Position numbers and translations under genes: made by a program. The notes beneath the pieces are model-generated. The model did not search any database and was not told the origin of the DNA. It saw only the letters and a list, made by a program, of their open reading frames with translations. From Phycisphaera mikurensis NBRC 102666 (GTDB lineage: Bacteria > Planctomycetota > Phycisphaerae > Phycisphaerales > Phycisphaeraceae), in the NCBI RefSeq assembly GCF_000284115.1, contig NC_017080.1, positions 3,750,001-3,782,000 on the forward strand: a DNA stretch of 32,000 nt, given 5' to 3'. Of this stretch, positions 9,514-17,620 are shown piece after piece (position 1 is the stretch's first letter; each line of letters begins with the position of its first letter).

Positions 9514-9565
9514 GCTTCGTCGTGGCGCCCCATCCGGACGCATCAGGAGCGTCCCAGCCCCCCGC

Positions 9566-10888
9566 TCAGAGCTCCAGCAGCATGCGGGCGGGGTCCTCGA
9601 TCGCGTTCTTGACGACGTTGAGGAAGGTCACCGCCTCGCGGCCGTCGACGACGCGGTGGTCGTAGGTGAGCGCGAGGTACATCATCGGCCGGATCTCGAC
9701 CCGCTCGTCGGCTCCCTTGCCCACCGCGATCGGGCGGCGGACGATGCCGTGCATGCCGAGCACGCCGCTCTGCGGCGGGTTCACGATGGGCGTGGAGAGC
9801 AAAGAGCCGTACACGCCGCCGTTGGTGATCGTGAAGCTGCCGCCGGTGAGCTGATCGAGCTTGAGCTTGTTCGCCTGCGCCGCCTTGGCGTAGGTGACGA
9901 TCTGCGACTCGATCTGCGCGAAGCTCATGGCCGCGCAGTCGCGGAGCACAGGCACCACGAGGCCCTTGCCGCCGCCGATGGCGATGCCCACGTCGTAGCG
10001 GTCCTTGTAGACGACGTCGGTCCCGCGGACCTCCGCGTTCACGGCGGGGAAGCGCTTGAGCGCCTCCACCGTCGCCTTCACGAAGAAGGACATGAAGCCG
10101 AGCTTCGCGCCGTGCGTCTCCTGGAAGAGCTCCTTGTGGCGGGAGCGGAGCGACATCACCTCGGTCATGTCCACCTCGTTGAAGGTGGTGAGCAGCGCGG
10201 CGGTCTGCTGGGCCTTCACGAGGCTCGACGCGATGGTGCGACGCAGCGGCGTCATCGGCTTGACCGTCTCCCCCGAACCCCCGTCGGCGGGCTCGGCCTT
10301 TGCCGGTTGGGCCTTCGGCTCCGGCTTCCCGTCGCTCTTCGCCCCCGGCTTCGCGCCCGAGTCGATCGCCTTCTGCACGTCCTCCTTGAGGACGCGGCCG
10401 CCGGGGCCGGTGGCGGTGACCTGGCCGAGGTCCAGGCCGCTCTCGTCGAGCAGGCGGCGGGCCGCGGGCATGACGACGGTGTCGGCGCCGGTGGGCGACG
10501 CCTTCGGCGAGGCGTCGTCGTCCCCGCTGGCGCGGTACTGGTCGTCGCCGGTGGCCGGCTTGCCGTCGCCGCCGCCCGCTCCGCCCGCCTTGCGGTCGGC
10601 CGGGTCGGTCGGCTGAGGGATCGCGTCGGGGTCGGTCGCCGCCGAGCCGTCGCCCTCCCCCAGCTCGCCGATCTTGTCGCCCACCGCGGCCTCGTCGCCC
10701 TCGGCCTTGAGGACCTTGCCCAGCACGCCGGCCTCGGGGGCCGGCAGCTCGACCGTCACCTTGTCGGTCTCGATCTCCACGAGCGGCTCGTCCTTGGCGA
10801 CCGACTCGCCCTCCTTCTTCAGCCAGCGGCCGATCTGGACCTCGGTGATGGACTCGCCGACTTCGGGAACGATGAGATCAATGGCCAT
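9566..10888 (-). CDS. sucB: Dihydrolipoyllysine succinyltransferase, E2 of 2-oxoglutarate dehydrogenase
   Basis: [44 protein letters not shown] lipoyl domain; [29 protein letters not shown] peripheral binding domain; PRTCHR-type end [17 protein letters not shown]. Confidence 0.95.
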   Translation of the reverse strand: MAIDLIVPEVGESITEVQIGRWLKKEGESVAKDEPLVEIETDKVTVELPAPEAGVLGKVLKAEGDEAAVGDKIGELGEGDGSAATDPDAIPQPTDPADRKAGGAGGGDGKPATGDDQYRASGDDDASPKASPTGADTVVMPAARRLLDESGLDLGQVTATGPGGRVLKEDVQKAIDSGAKPGAKSDGKPEPKAQPAKAEPADGGSGETVKPMTPLRRTIASSLVKAQQTAALLTTFNEVDMTEVMSLRSRHKELFQETHGAKLGFMSFFVKATVEALKRFPAVNAEVRGTDVVYKDRYDVGIAIGGGKGLVVPVLRDCAAMSFAQIESQIVTYAKAAQANKLKLDQLTGGSFTITNGGVYGSLLSTPIVNPPQSGVLGMHGIVRRPIAVGKGADERVEIRPMMYLALTYDHRVVDGREAVTFLNVVKNAIEDPARMLLEL

Positions 10889-10913
10889 GGAGGGAGCGTA
10901 GTGGGGCCCCGGG

Positions 10914-11177
10914 GTGGATCCACCGGACGCGCGTCCCGCCCGGGAGCGGCGGACCCGCCGGCGGCGACGCGGACCGCGCCCGCGCAGCGGGCAGCGGGTC
11001 GTCCGGTTCGTCCGGCCCAGATCCGACGGAGCCCGCGGACCGCGGCGGTTCCAGCTGTCTCCGCCTCCCGGTCCGCGGCCCGGATCGTGCCCAACGCCGA
11101 TCCCCTCCCCCGCCGCCCTGCCCGCCGGGCTCGCGCTGCTCGCGGGCGGGTTGCTGCGACGCCGCCGCCGCGGCTGA
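10914..11177 (+). pseudogene. Orphan PEP-CTERM-like sorting tail (possible remnant of a surface protein gene)
   Basis: Frame ends ...[29 protein letters not shown] at 11175-11177, close to the tail of the 31144-31923 protein ([23 protein letters not shown]). Upstream part lacks signal peptide or recognisable ectodomain and overlaps a palindromic repeat. Confidence 0.5.
11033..11078. repeat. Intergenic palindromic element copy E (46 bp)
   Basis: CCGCGGACCGCGG...CCCGGTCCGCGG. Confidence 0.65.
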
Positions 11178-11200
11178 GAGCCCGGTGGCGGTGCCCCGGC

Positions 11201-12829
11201 TCAGGCGGCGAGCCGCCCCCACCGCGGCGCGGCGCCGGCGGGCTCGTGCACGCGGACGGCGGAGCGGCCGGCCCGCTTGGCGGCGTACATCGCGGCGTCG
11301 GCGGCGGACAGGAGCGACGGCGCGTCGTCGACGCCGGGCCCGCCGACGGCGACGCCGATGCTGGCGGTGGAGACGACGGTGCCGGCCCGGATCTCGTGCG
11401 GGTGCGCGAGGTCGTCCAGCAGCCGCTCGGCGACGGCGACGGCGTCGTCGGGGCAGCGGAGGCCCTCGAGCAGCACGACGAACTCGTCGCCGCCGATGCG
11501 GCCGGCGGTGGCGGCGTCGTCGTGCCGCAGACCGGCCTCGAGCCGCTGGGCAATAGAGGCCAGCAGGGCATCGCCGGCGGCGTGGCCGAGGGTGTCGTTC
11601 ACCTCCTTGAAGCGGTCGAAGTCCAGGAAGAGCACCGCGTGGTGCTGGTGCGGCCGCCAGGGCGCCGCCTCGACGGCGGCTTCCAGCCGCTCGGTGAAGG
11701 CGGTGCGGTTGAGCAGGCCGGTGAGCGTGTCTTGCGTGGCGGCCGCGAGCAGGCGGGCCTGCGCCTCGACCGCCTGACGCCGCGTCTCCGCCCGGCGGCG
11801 TCGGCGGTTGAGCGACTCGGTGCGGAAGAACAGCAGCACGATCGCGGCCGCCGCGAAGCCGGACGCGGCGAGCGCGCTGGCGGGGGCCCGCGAGGCGTGG
11901 GCAAAGCCGCGGCCGGCCACGGCGTCCAGGCGCCAGCGCTTGCCGCCGAGCGTGAGGATGCGCGAGGCCCGCAGCGGCGTGTCGCTCCCGGGCAGCTCGT
12001 CGCCGCCAAGCGGCTCCCACCCGGAAGCCGCCGCGAACACCCGCGTCCGCAGCTCGCCGCCGGAGGCCTCCCCGAGCCCGCCGAGCAGCGGCTCGGCCCG
12101 CAGCGCCAGGTAGACCCAGGCGCGCTGCGTCCCGGGCGCCCGGTCCGGGCCGGCGTCGCCCACGGCGCGGAGGGCGAGGAAGCCCAGCCCCGGGGGGTTG
12201 CCGCGGATCAGGTGGATCGGGTCGCTGAGGCTGGTCCTGCCCGTCCGCTCCGCCGCCTCGGCCGCCGCCAGCCGCCGCGGCTCCGACGCGAGGTCCAGGC
12301 CCAGCACCGGCAGGTCGCCGTCGGCGGGCTCCACGTACGCCACGATCAGCCGCTGGGCCCCGGCGGCGGGACGCGGCGTGGCGGCGTCCCGCGGCACCCG
12401 GACCTCGAAGCCGGGGGCCCCGGTCCGCCGGGCCTCGGCGACGAAGCCCGGTGCTTCTTCGGGGGCCACGGCCCGCACGTAACCGATCGCGACCGCCGCG
12501 GGCAGCTCGCCCGCGCGGTCCAGCGCCGCCACCGCCCGGCGGAAGGCATCCCGGCTGAGGTCGGGCTCGGCGGCGAAGAGCGTGGAGAGCCCCCGGAGCA
12601 CCCGGCGGTGGTCGTCGAAGCGGTCGGTGAGGAGCGCGGCGGCCGCCGCGTGCTTCGCCTCGAAGCGGCCTTGGTCGGCGGCCCGGGCGGCGTGCAACAG
12701 CCAGCCGGAGCCGCAGAGCGCAACGAGCAGGACGGCCAGGGCCGAGCCCGCCGCCCGCGGCCCGGTGTCCCGCCAGAGGATCCGCAGCAGCGCGGCAACG
12801 CGGTGGATCGTGACGGCTCGGTCAAGCAT
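11201..12829 (-). CDS. CHASE-domain diguanylate cyclase (GGDEF)
   Basis: N-terminal TM, CHASE-like region (LRGLSTLFAAEPDLSRDAFRRAV...AIGYVRAV), second TM, RDTLTGLLNR-like DTLTGLLNRTAFTERL and RIGGDEFVVLLEG signature. Confidence 0.9.
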   Translation of the reverse strand: MLDRAVTIHRVAALLRILWRDTGPRAAGSALAVLLVALCGSGWLLHAARAADQGRFEAKHAAAAALLTDRFDDHRRVLRGLSTLFAAEPDLSRDAFRRAVAALDRAGELPAAVAIGYVRAVAPEEAPGFVAEARRTGAPGFEVRVPRDAATPRPAAGAQRLIVAYVEPADGDLPVLGLDLASEPRRLAAAEAAERTGRTSLSDPIHLIRGNPPGLGFLALRAVGDAGPDRAPGTQRAWVYLALRAEPLLGGLGEASGGELRTRVFAAASGWEPLGGDELPGSDTPLRASRILTLGGKRWRLDAVAGRGFAHASRAPASALAASGFAAAAIVLLFFRTESLNRRRRRAETRRQAVEAQARLLAAATQDTLTGLLNRTAFTERLEAAVEAAPWRPHQHHAVLFLDFDRFKEVNDTLGHAAGDALLASIAQRLEAGLRHDDAATAGRIGGDEFVVLLEGLRCPDDAVAVAERLLDDLAHPHEIRAGTVVSTASIGVAVGGPGVDDAPSLLSAADAAMYAAKRAGRSAVRVHEPAGAAPRWGRLAA

Positions 12830-12937
12830 GATCGCTCGGGTGCTGGAGGACCGTTCCGCGGCCCGGCGGCTCCCATCGGGCGAATCCCCATGGTGCTGAA
12901 GGACCCCGGCCGTTCTGCAAGATCCCTCAGCCGCGGG

Positions 12938-14359
12938 TCAGGTGCCGCAGAACGTCGGGGGAACGGGCAGGTCCACCGCCGGCACCGCGGACCACGCGGC
13001 GTCCCGCTCGAAGGGCTTCTGGCAGGCCCCGAGCAGGCCGAGGAAGGGCGCCTCGTCCCCGGCGTTCGCGGCGCCGAGCGCCGCCTCGGCGTGGGCGCTG
13101 CGGGGGACCGTTGCCGGGTTCACCCGCCGCATCCGGGCCTGCGCGCCGGCGACCGCTTCCGGGCTCCCGAAGCGGTCCCGCCAGCGGGCGGCCCACGCCG
13201 CGAAGCCGCCGCCCGCGGGCGCCGGCGCGGCGGCGTCGCCGGAGAGGTGGCGGAAGGTGCCCGTGAAGTCGAGGCGCTCCTCCGCCATCAGCGCCAGCAG
13301 CTCCGCGTAGAGCGTCGCGGCGTCGGCGACGCCGCCGAGCTTTGCGGCGGCGGCGCGGTCCAGCGCGGCCCCGTACGCCGGGCCGAAACACGCGAGCGCG
13401 TCCTCGGCGGCGGCGATCTGCGCCCCCTCGTCGTCGCCGAGCAGCGGGAGCAACGCCTCGGCCAGCCGCGCCAGGTTCCAGGCGGTGATGCCCGGCTGGT
13501 TGCCGTACGCGTACCGGCCGCGCCGGTCGATGCTGCTGAACACCGCCTCGGGCGAGAAGCGGCCGACGAAGGCGCAGGGGCCGTAGTCGATCGTCTCGCC
13601 GCTCACCGCCACGTTGTCGGTGTTGAGCACGCCGTGCACGAAGCCCAGCGACATCCAACCGGCAACGAGGGCGGCTTGGCGTGCGATCACGCGCCGCAGG
13701 AAGGCGTCCGCCAGTTCCGGCTCCGAGGCATCCCCCGCGAGCAGGTCCGGGTCGTGCCGGGCCGCGGCGAGCCGCAGAACGCCGCCGAGGACGGCGGGCC
13801 CGTGGTGCGCCGCGAGCACGAAGGTGCCGACCCGCAGGTGGCTGGCGGCGACGCGGGTGAGCACGGCGCCTCCGCCCGTCCAGGCCGGCGGCAGGCCCGG
13901 CCGGCTCGCCTCCCGCCCGGTGGTCGCCACCGCGAGCGTCCGCGTGGTGGGCACGCCCAGCGCGTGCATCGACTCGCTGAAGAGCGCCTCCCGCAGCATC
14001 GGCCCCAGCGCCGCGCGGCCGTCACCGCCGCGGCCATAAGGCGTCGGACCCGAGCCCTTGAGCTGCACGTCCGCCTCGCGGCCGGCGAGCCGCCGCCCGC
14101 CGAGCAGCACCGCCCGCCCGTCGCCGAGCATCGCGAGGCTGCCGAACTGGTGGCCGGCGTAGGCGAGCGCGGCCGGCGCCGCGTCCTCCGGCACGCGGCC
14201 GCCCGACCAGACCGCGGCATCCGCTTCGAGCCCCAGCTCCGCCGCCAGCGGCGCGTTCCAGAACACCAGCCGCGGCGTGTGGCCGTCGGCGGGTCCCTCC
14301 GGCGCCCAAGCGGTCCGCATCGCGTCGGGCAAAGCGTCGTAGGGCGAGGTCCAGCTCAT
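12938..14359 (-). CDS. selO: SelO/YdiU-family protein (protein adenylyltransferase)
   Basis: YAGHQFGSLAMLGDGRAVLLG, DVQLKGSGPTPYGRGGDGRAALGPMLREALFSESMHALGVPTTRTLAV, FVHGVLNTDNVAVSGETIDYGPCAF motifs. Confidence 0.93.
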   Translation of the reverse strand: MSWTSPYDALPDAMRTAWAPEGPADGHTPRLVFWNAPLAAELGLEADAAVWSGGRVPEDAAPAALAYAGHQFGSLAMLGDGRAVLLGGRRLAGREADVQLKGSGPTPYGRGGDGRAALGPMLREALFSESMHALGVPTTRTLAVATTGREASRPGLPPAWTGGGAVLTRVAASHLRVGTFVLAAHHGPAVLGGVLRLAAARHDPDLLAGDASEPELADAFLRRVIARQAALVAGWMSLGFVHGVLNTDNVAVSGETIDYGPCAFVGRFSPEAVFSSIDRRGRYAYGNQPGITAWNLARLAEALLPLLGDDEGAQIAAAEDALACFGPAYGAALDRAAAAKLGGVADAATLYAELLALMAEERLDFTGTFRHLSGDAAAPAPAGGGFAAWAARWRDRFGSPEAVAGAQARMRRVNPATVPRSAHAEAALGAANAGDEAPFLGLLGACQKPFERDAAWSAVPAVDLPVPPTFCGT

Positions 14360-14498
14360 CGAGCGACGCTACGGGAGCGGCGTCGTCCCCGCAGCCACGG
14401 CGGAGGCCACCGCTTCCTCCTCGCAAAGCCGCAGCAGCTCGTCCGCGCACCTCACGGGGGGGGGTCGGGCCAGACCGAGCGCAGCGGAAGGGGGAAAC

Positions 14499-14515
14499 CT
14501 CCGCCTGAGGCGGAG
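14499..14515 (-). terminator. Possible rho-independent terminator downstream of tmRNA
   Basis: Perfect 7-bp stem CTCCGCC-TGA-GGCGGAG, followed on the minus strand by GTTTCCCCC; lies just 3' of tmRNA. Confidence 0.4.
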
Positions 14516-14526
14516 TCAGCCCATGA

Positions 14527-14942
14527 TGGAGCCGGGGGGAGTTGAACCCCCGTGTCGAGACAGTCGATCCATTGCGTCTACGCGTGTGTCTGCCGCTTTG
14601 CCGGGCAGAGCCCGTCTCGACCCGTTGGCGACCGGCAGCGGCCTCCGTGGGGTCCAGCCGCGAGTGGTTCAACCCCCTCCCGACGCGGCGGCGGGAGGGG
14701 GCGGGCCCGGTTTTGCGACCCATTGAAGACGCCCCGAGCGGGCTTCTTCAGGGGTTTGCAGCCTGTTGGAATCGAATCCAATCAGGCGGCGAGGCGGAGG
14801 GCGTCGTTGCCGAAGCCGATCCGACCAGCGATGGTGTTTTCATCATTGGCATTTGTGTGTTTGCATCCTTTTTGCGAGGCCTGGATGCTCCTCGACGCGC
14901 AACAACGGACCGGAACCTGTCCGATCGAACCCAGTCGGCCCC
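14527..14942 (-). ncRNA. ssrA: tmRNA (transfer-messenger RNA)
   Basis: Minus strand begins GGGGCCGACTGGGTTCGAT and ends CACGGGGGTTCAACTCCCCCCGGCTCCA; ends pair as a 7-bp acceptor stem with a G3-U pair typical of Ala identity; GACAG/CTGTC P2 pairing; T-arm GGGGG-TTCAACT-CCCCC; in-frame tag ORF ending LRLAA*. Confidence 0.95.
14782..14850 (-). other. tmRNA proteolysis-tag reading frame, ANDENTIAGRIGFGNDALRLAA*
   Basis: GCC AAT GAT GAA AAC ... CGC CTC GCC GCC TGA on the minus strand inside the tmRNA; starts ANDEN and ends LAA as known tags do. Confidence 0.8.
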
Positions 14943-15094
14943 TGAATCAGGACGTGCCCGGTCGGGGGCACGGCGTGAAGAAGGATCGCGGGCGCTGTGA
15001 AGCGGTGTGATGGCGGGTTGTCAGAGAGCGGCGGCCGGACGGTGCGGCCGGGACGAAGTCTAGCCCGCCGCGCCGGCGGCGGCCGCAGAACGTC

Positions 15095-15784
15095 CTAGTT
15101 GGCGTGGGTGCGGGCCCGCCGACGCAGCGTCTCGGAGATGCCCGCGACCGCTTCGGCGACGCCCTCGGCGTGCGGGTGAATCCCCAGCGTGCGGCGGTAG
15201 AAGCGCCGCGCCGCCTCGAGGTCGCCGGACCGGACGGCCACGTGGCCGGCGCCGGCCAACGCCGCGAAGTGCAGCGGGTTCGAATCCGCCGCGGCGGCGA
15301 AGGCCGAAGCCGCCTCGGCGAGACGCCCGCCGTCGGCGCGGAGCAGCGCGAGCTGGTGATGGGCCTCGGCGAAGGACGGATCGGCGGCCGCCGCTTCCTC
15401 GAAGCGGTCGGCGGCTTCGTCCGGCCGGTCGGCCGCGGAGGCGTCGAGCCCGGCGCGGAAGGCGTCGTGCCCGGGGCCCCCGTTGCCACGCAGCCACATC
15501 GCCCACAGCGCGTGCTCGGCGCTCCCGCGGACCCCGCCGTCCGCGTCCCGCAGGCCCGCGGCGACCGAGCTCTCCCGACCCGGCGACCCGCTGAAGCCCA
15601 GCACGAGGAGCGCCACGGAGCGCGTCGCGGGGTCGGCCGCGTCGAGCAGGAGGACCAGCTGGGCCTCGTCGAAGCCGGTGCGGACCTCCCGCGCCAGGCG
15701 CGACGCGTCGGCCAGCGCGAGGCCGGGACGCGCGAGCCGCAGGAGGCGGGCGGAGTCGTCAGCGGAGGGAAAAACAGGAGGCAT
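15095..15784 (-). CDS. HEAT/TPR repeat-containing protein
   Basis: MPPVFPSADDSARLLRLARPG... then TPR-like AADRFEEAAAADPSFAEAHHQLALLRADGGRLAEAASAFAAAADSNPLHFAALAGAGHVAVRSGDLEAARRFYRRTLGIHP. Start at 15835 is also possible. Confidence 0.7.
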   Translation of the reverse strand: MPPVFPSADDSARLLRLARPGLALADASRLAREVRTGFDEAQLVLLLDAADPATRSVALLVLGFSGSPGRESSVAAGLRDADGGVRGSAEHALWAMWLRGNGGPGHDAFRAGLDASAADRPDEAADRFEEAAAADPSFAEAHHQLALLRADGGRLAEAASAFAAAADSNPLHFAALAGAGHVAVRSGDLEAARRFYRRTLGIHPHAEGVAEAVAGISETLRRRARTHAN

Positions 15785-16013
15785 GGCGGGCGGGTGGGCT
15801 CGGGACCGGGGGGGCAGCCGCTCGGCGGTGACCATCGGGAAACCGTAGGAAGGGCCACCAACGCCGTTCACCCTCCTTTTCCTGATAGGTCGAAAACCCC
15901 GTTCCAAGAGAGAGAGCGACCCGGCGCCGCCCCGCGGAACGCTCCCGATTCTCGCGAGGCGGACGGCCCGATCGGACGATGAACGGGCTCGCACGCCCCC
16001 TTCCGACGCTTTC

Positions 16014-16385
16014 ATGCTCCGCCTCCACCCCGCCCACCCAACCCCCGCTCCCGCGGCACCGACGCGGCGGGAGCGTCGCCGCTTCCGCCGGAGCGCCCTC
16101 TCGGAGCGGGTACGCGTGGTCGCCGGGGGCCGATCCGCCTCGGCGGAGCTGATCGACGGCTCCGCCGGCGGCCTCTTCCTCCGCGTGGAGGGCTCGCAGC
16201 GCCCCACGGCCGGCTCCGAGCTGGAGGTGGGCTTTGGCGCGGGCTCGTACGGCGGACCGGCAAGGACCGAGGAGCGCCGCCGGGCCCGCGTGATCCGCTG
16301 CCTCAGCCACGGCGACACGCACTACCTCGCGCTGCGGTTCCACACGCCCGACGCGTTGCGCATCGGCGCGACGCGGCTGGGCTGA
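16014..16385 (+). CDS. PilZ-domain protein
   Basis: RRERRRFRRS (RxxxR-like) followed by LIDGSAGGLFLRVE (D/NxSxxG) and RVIRC...HYLALRF. Confidence 0.8.
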   Translation: MLRLHPAHPTPAPAAPTRRERRRFRRSALSERVRVVAGGRSASAELIDGSAGGLFLRVEGSQRPTAGSELEVGFGAGSYGGPARTEERRRARVIRCLSHGDTHYLALRFHTPDALRIGATRLG

Positions 16386-16432
16386 GCGGGAGGAGCCGCC
16401 GGCGGGCGGACGCGATCCGGTTCGGCCCGGAC

Positions 16433-16455
16433 GCCGCGATCCCACCGATCGCGGC
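16433..16455. terminator. Hairpin between convergent PilZ and GT2 genes (possible bidirectional terminator)
   Basis: Perfect 9-bp stem GCCGCGATC-CCACC-GATCGCGGC, immediately adjacent to the GT2 stop codon at 16456-16458. Confidence 0.5.
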
Positions 16456-17577
16456 TCAGGCGCCGCCGACCGCCAGCGCCTTACGCGTCGGCGTCGGGAT
16501 CGGCTGCTTCGGGGCGGCCGGCGGCCCCCCCGGGCACAGCGCCGAGCGGAGCAACGCCCACGCCCGCCGGTCCGCCGGCCGCTGCTTGAGGCACGCGCAG
16601 GCGTAGGAGAAGCCCGTGCGCCGCTCGCCGGAGGTGCTGGCCCACCAGCCCATCTGCAGCAGCGCCTCGTAGCGGGAGTTGCGGTCCTGGGCCGGCCGCC
16701 AGTGCTCCCGCGGCACCGACACCGGCGAGATGCCCCGGCGGGCGCAGGCCTCCAGCGCCGCCCGCTTGGTGTTCTCGAACTGCTCTTCCCGCCGCGAGCC
16801 GCTCATCGACTCGCTGAAGTAGCGGTAGCGCTGCAGCACCTCGGGCTGGTTCGCCAGCCGCCCGACCTCCGCCATCCGCAGCCACAGGTGCAGGTCTTCC
16901 GCCGACGCGAACGCGGGGTCGTAGCCGCCGAGCCGCATCGCCGTCTCGCGGTGGAAGAGCATCGCGGTGTGCTGCAGCGTGCAGACCCCGCGGAGCAGAC
17001 CGCCCTCGATCTCCTCGTGCGTGAGCGGGACCTCCAGGTCGCGCAGGCGCCGCCCGCGGCGGTCGATCAGCTCGACGAAGGCCCCCATCGCCACGGCCCC
17101 GGTGGACCCCGCGAAGGCCAGCTGGCTGGCCAAGCGGCCCGGCAGCATCACGTCGTCGGCGTCGCAGCGGGCGATCCACGGCGAGCGGGCAACGCTCATC
17201 CCGGCGTTGAGACCGTGGCAGATGTCGACGTTGCGGTCGAAGCGGAGCACCCGCACGCGCGGGTCCGCCTCGGCGGCCGCCCGCAGCATCGCGGTGGTGC
17301 CGTCGCTGGAGGCGTCGTCGATCGCCACCAGCTCGAAGCGGCAGCCCCGCTGGCCGAGGACGCTGGCGAGGACCTCGGCGAGAAACGCTTCCCCGTTGTG
17401 GACCGGCATGAGGACCGAGACGTCCGGGGGAGGCCCCGCCGCGTCCTCGGCGGGCTGGACCCCCTCGGCCCAGGTCGGCGTGGCGGGCGGCTCCGGCATC
17501 GCACGCTCCGCCTCGGGAGGGAGGGGCGCGAGGTCGGGTTCTGGGCAGGCGGGTGCTTCCATGGCGGTCAGGGGCAT
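16456..17577 (-). CDS. Family 2 glycosyltransferase
   Basis: PDVSVLMPVHNGEAFLAEVLASVLGQRGCRFELVAIDDASSDGTTAML... and SPWIARCDADDVMLPGRL; ORF track start is 17649 but Met at 17577 avoids overlap with the upstream gene. Confidence 0.9.
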   Translation of the reverse strand: MPLTAMEAPACPEPDLAPLPPEAERAMPEPPATPTWAEGVQPAEDAAGPPPDVSVLMPVHNGEAFLAEVLASVLGQRGCRFELVAIDDASSDGTTAMLRAAAEADPRVRVLRFDRNVDICHGLNAGMSVARSPWIARCDADDVMLPGRLASQLAFAGSTGAVAMGAFVELIDRRGRRLRDLEVPLTHEEIEGGLLRGVCTLQHTAMLFHRETAMRLGGYDPAFASAEDLHLWLRMAEVGRLANQPEVLQRYRYFSESMSGSRREEQFENTKRAALEACARRGISPVSVPREHWRPAQDRNSRYEALLQMGWWASTSGERRTGFSYACACLKQRPADRRAWALLRSALCPGGPPAAPKQPIPTPTRKALAVGGA

Positions 17578-17620
17578 TGGAGATCGGGCACGAACGCCCC
17601 CGCCGCGGGGCTTGCGGGCG

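Noticed and set aside
9287-14545. 1752-aa plus-strand ORF
   Set aside because: Antisense across sucB, the GGDEF gene and selO, which all have clear family motifs; Arg/Gly/Pro/His-rich composition typical of the shadow frame in very GC-rich DNA.
14527-14610. Initial idea of an isolated tRNA with GTTGAACCCC T-arm
   Set aside because: The 5' half, pairing partner and tag ORF about 330 nt away show it is the tRNA-like 3' end of tmRNA.
14542-15010. Pair of 152-aa plus-strand ORFs and other short ORFs over 14523-15010
   Set aside because: The region is better explained as tmRNA on the minus strand; these frames are incidental.
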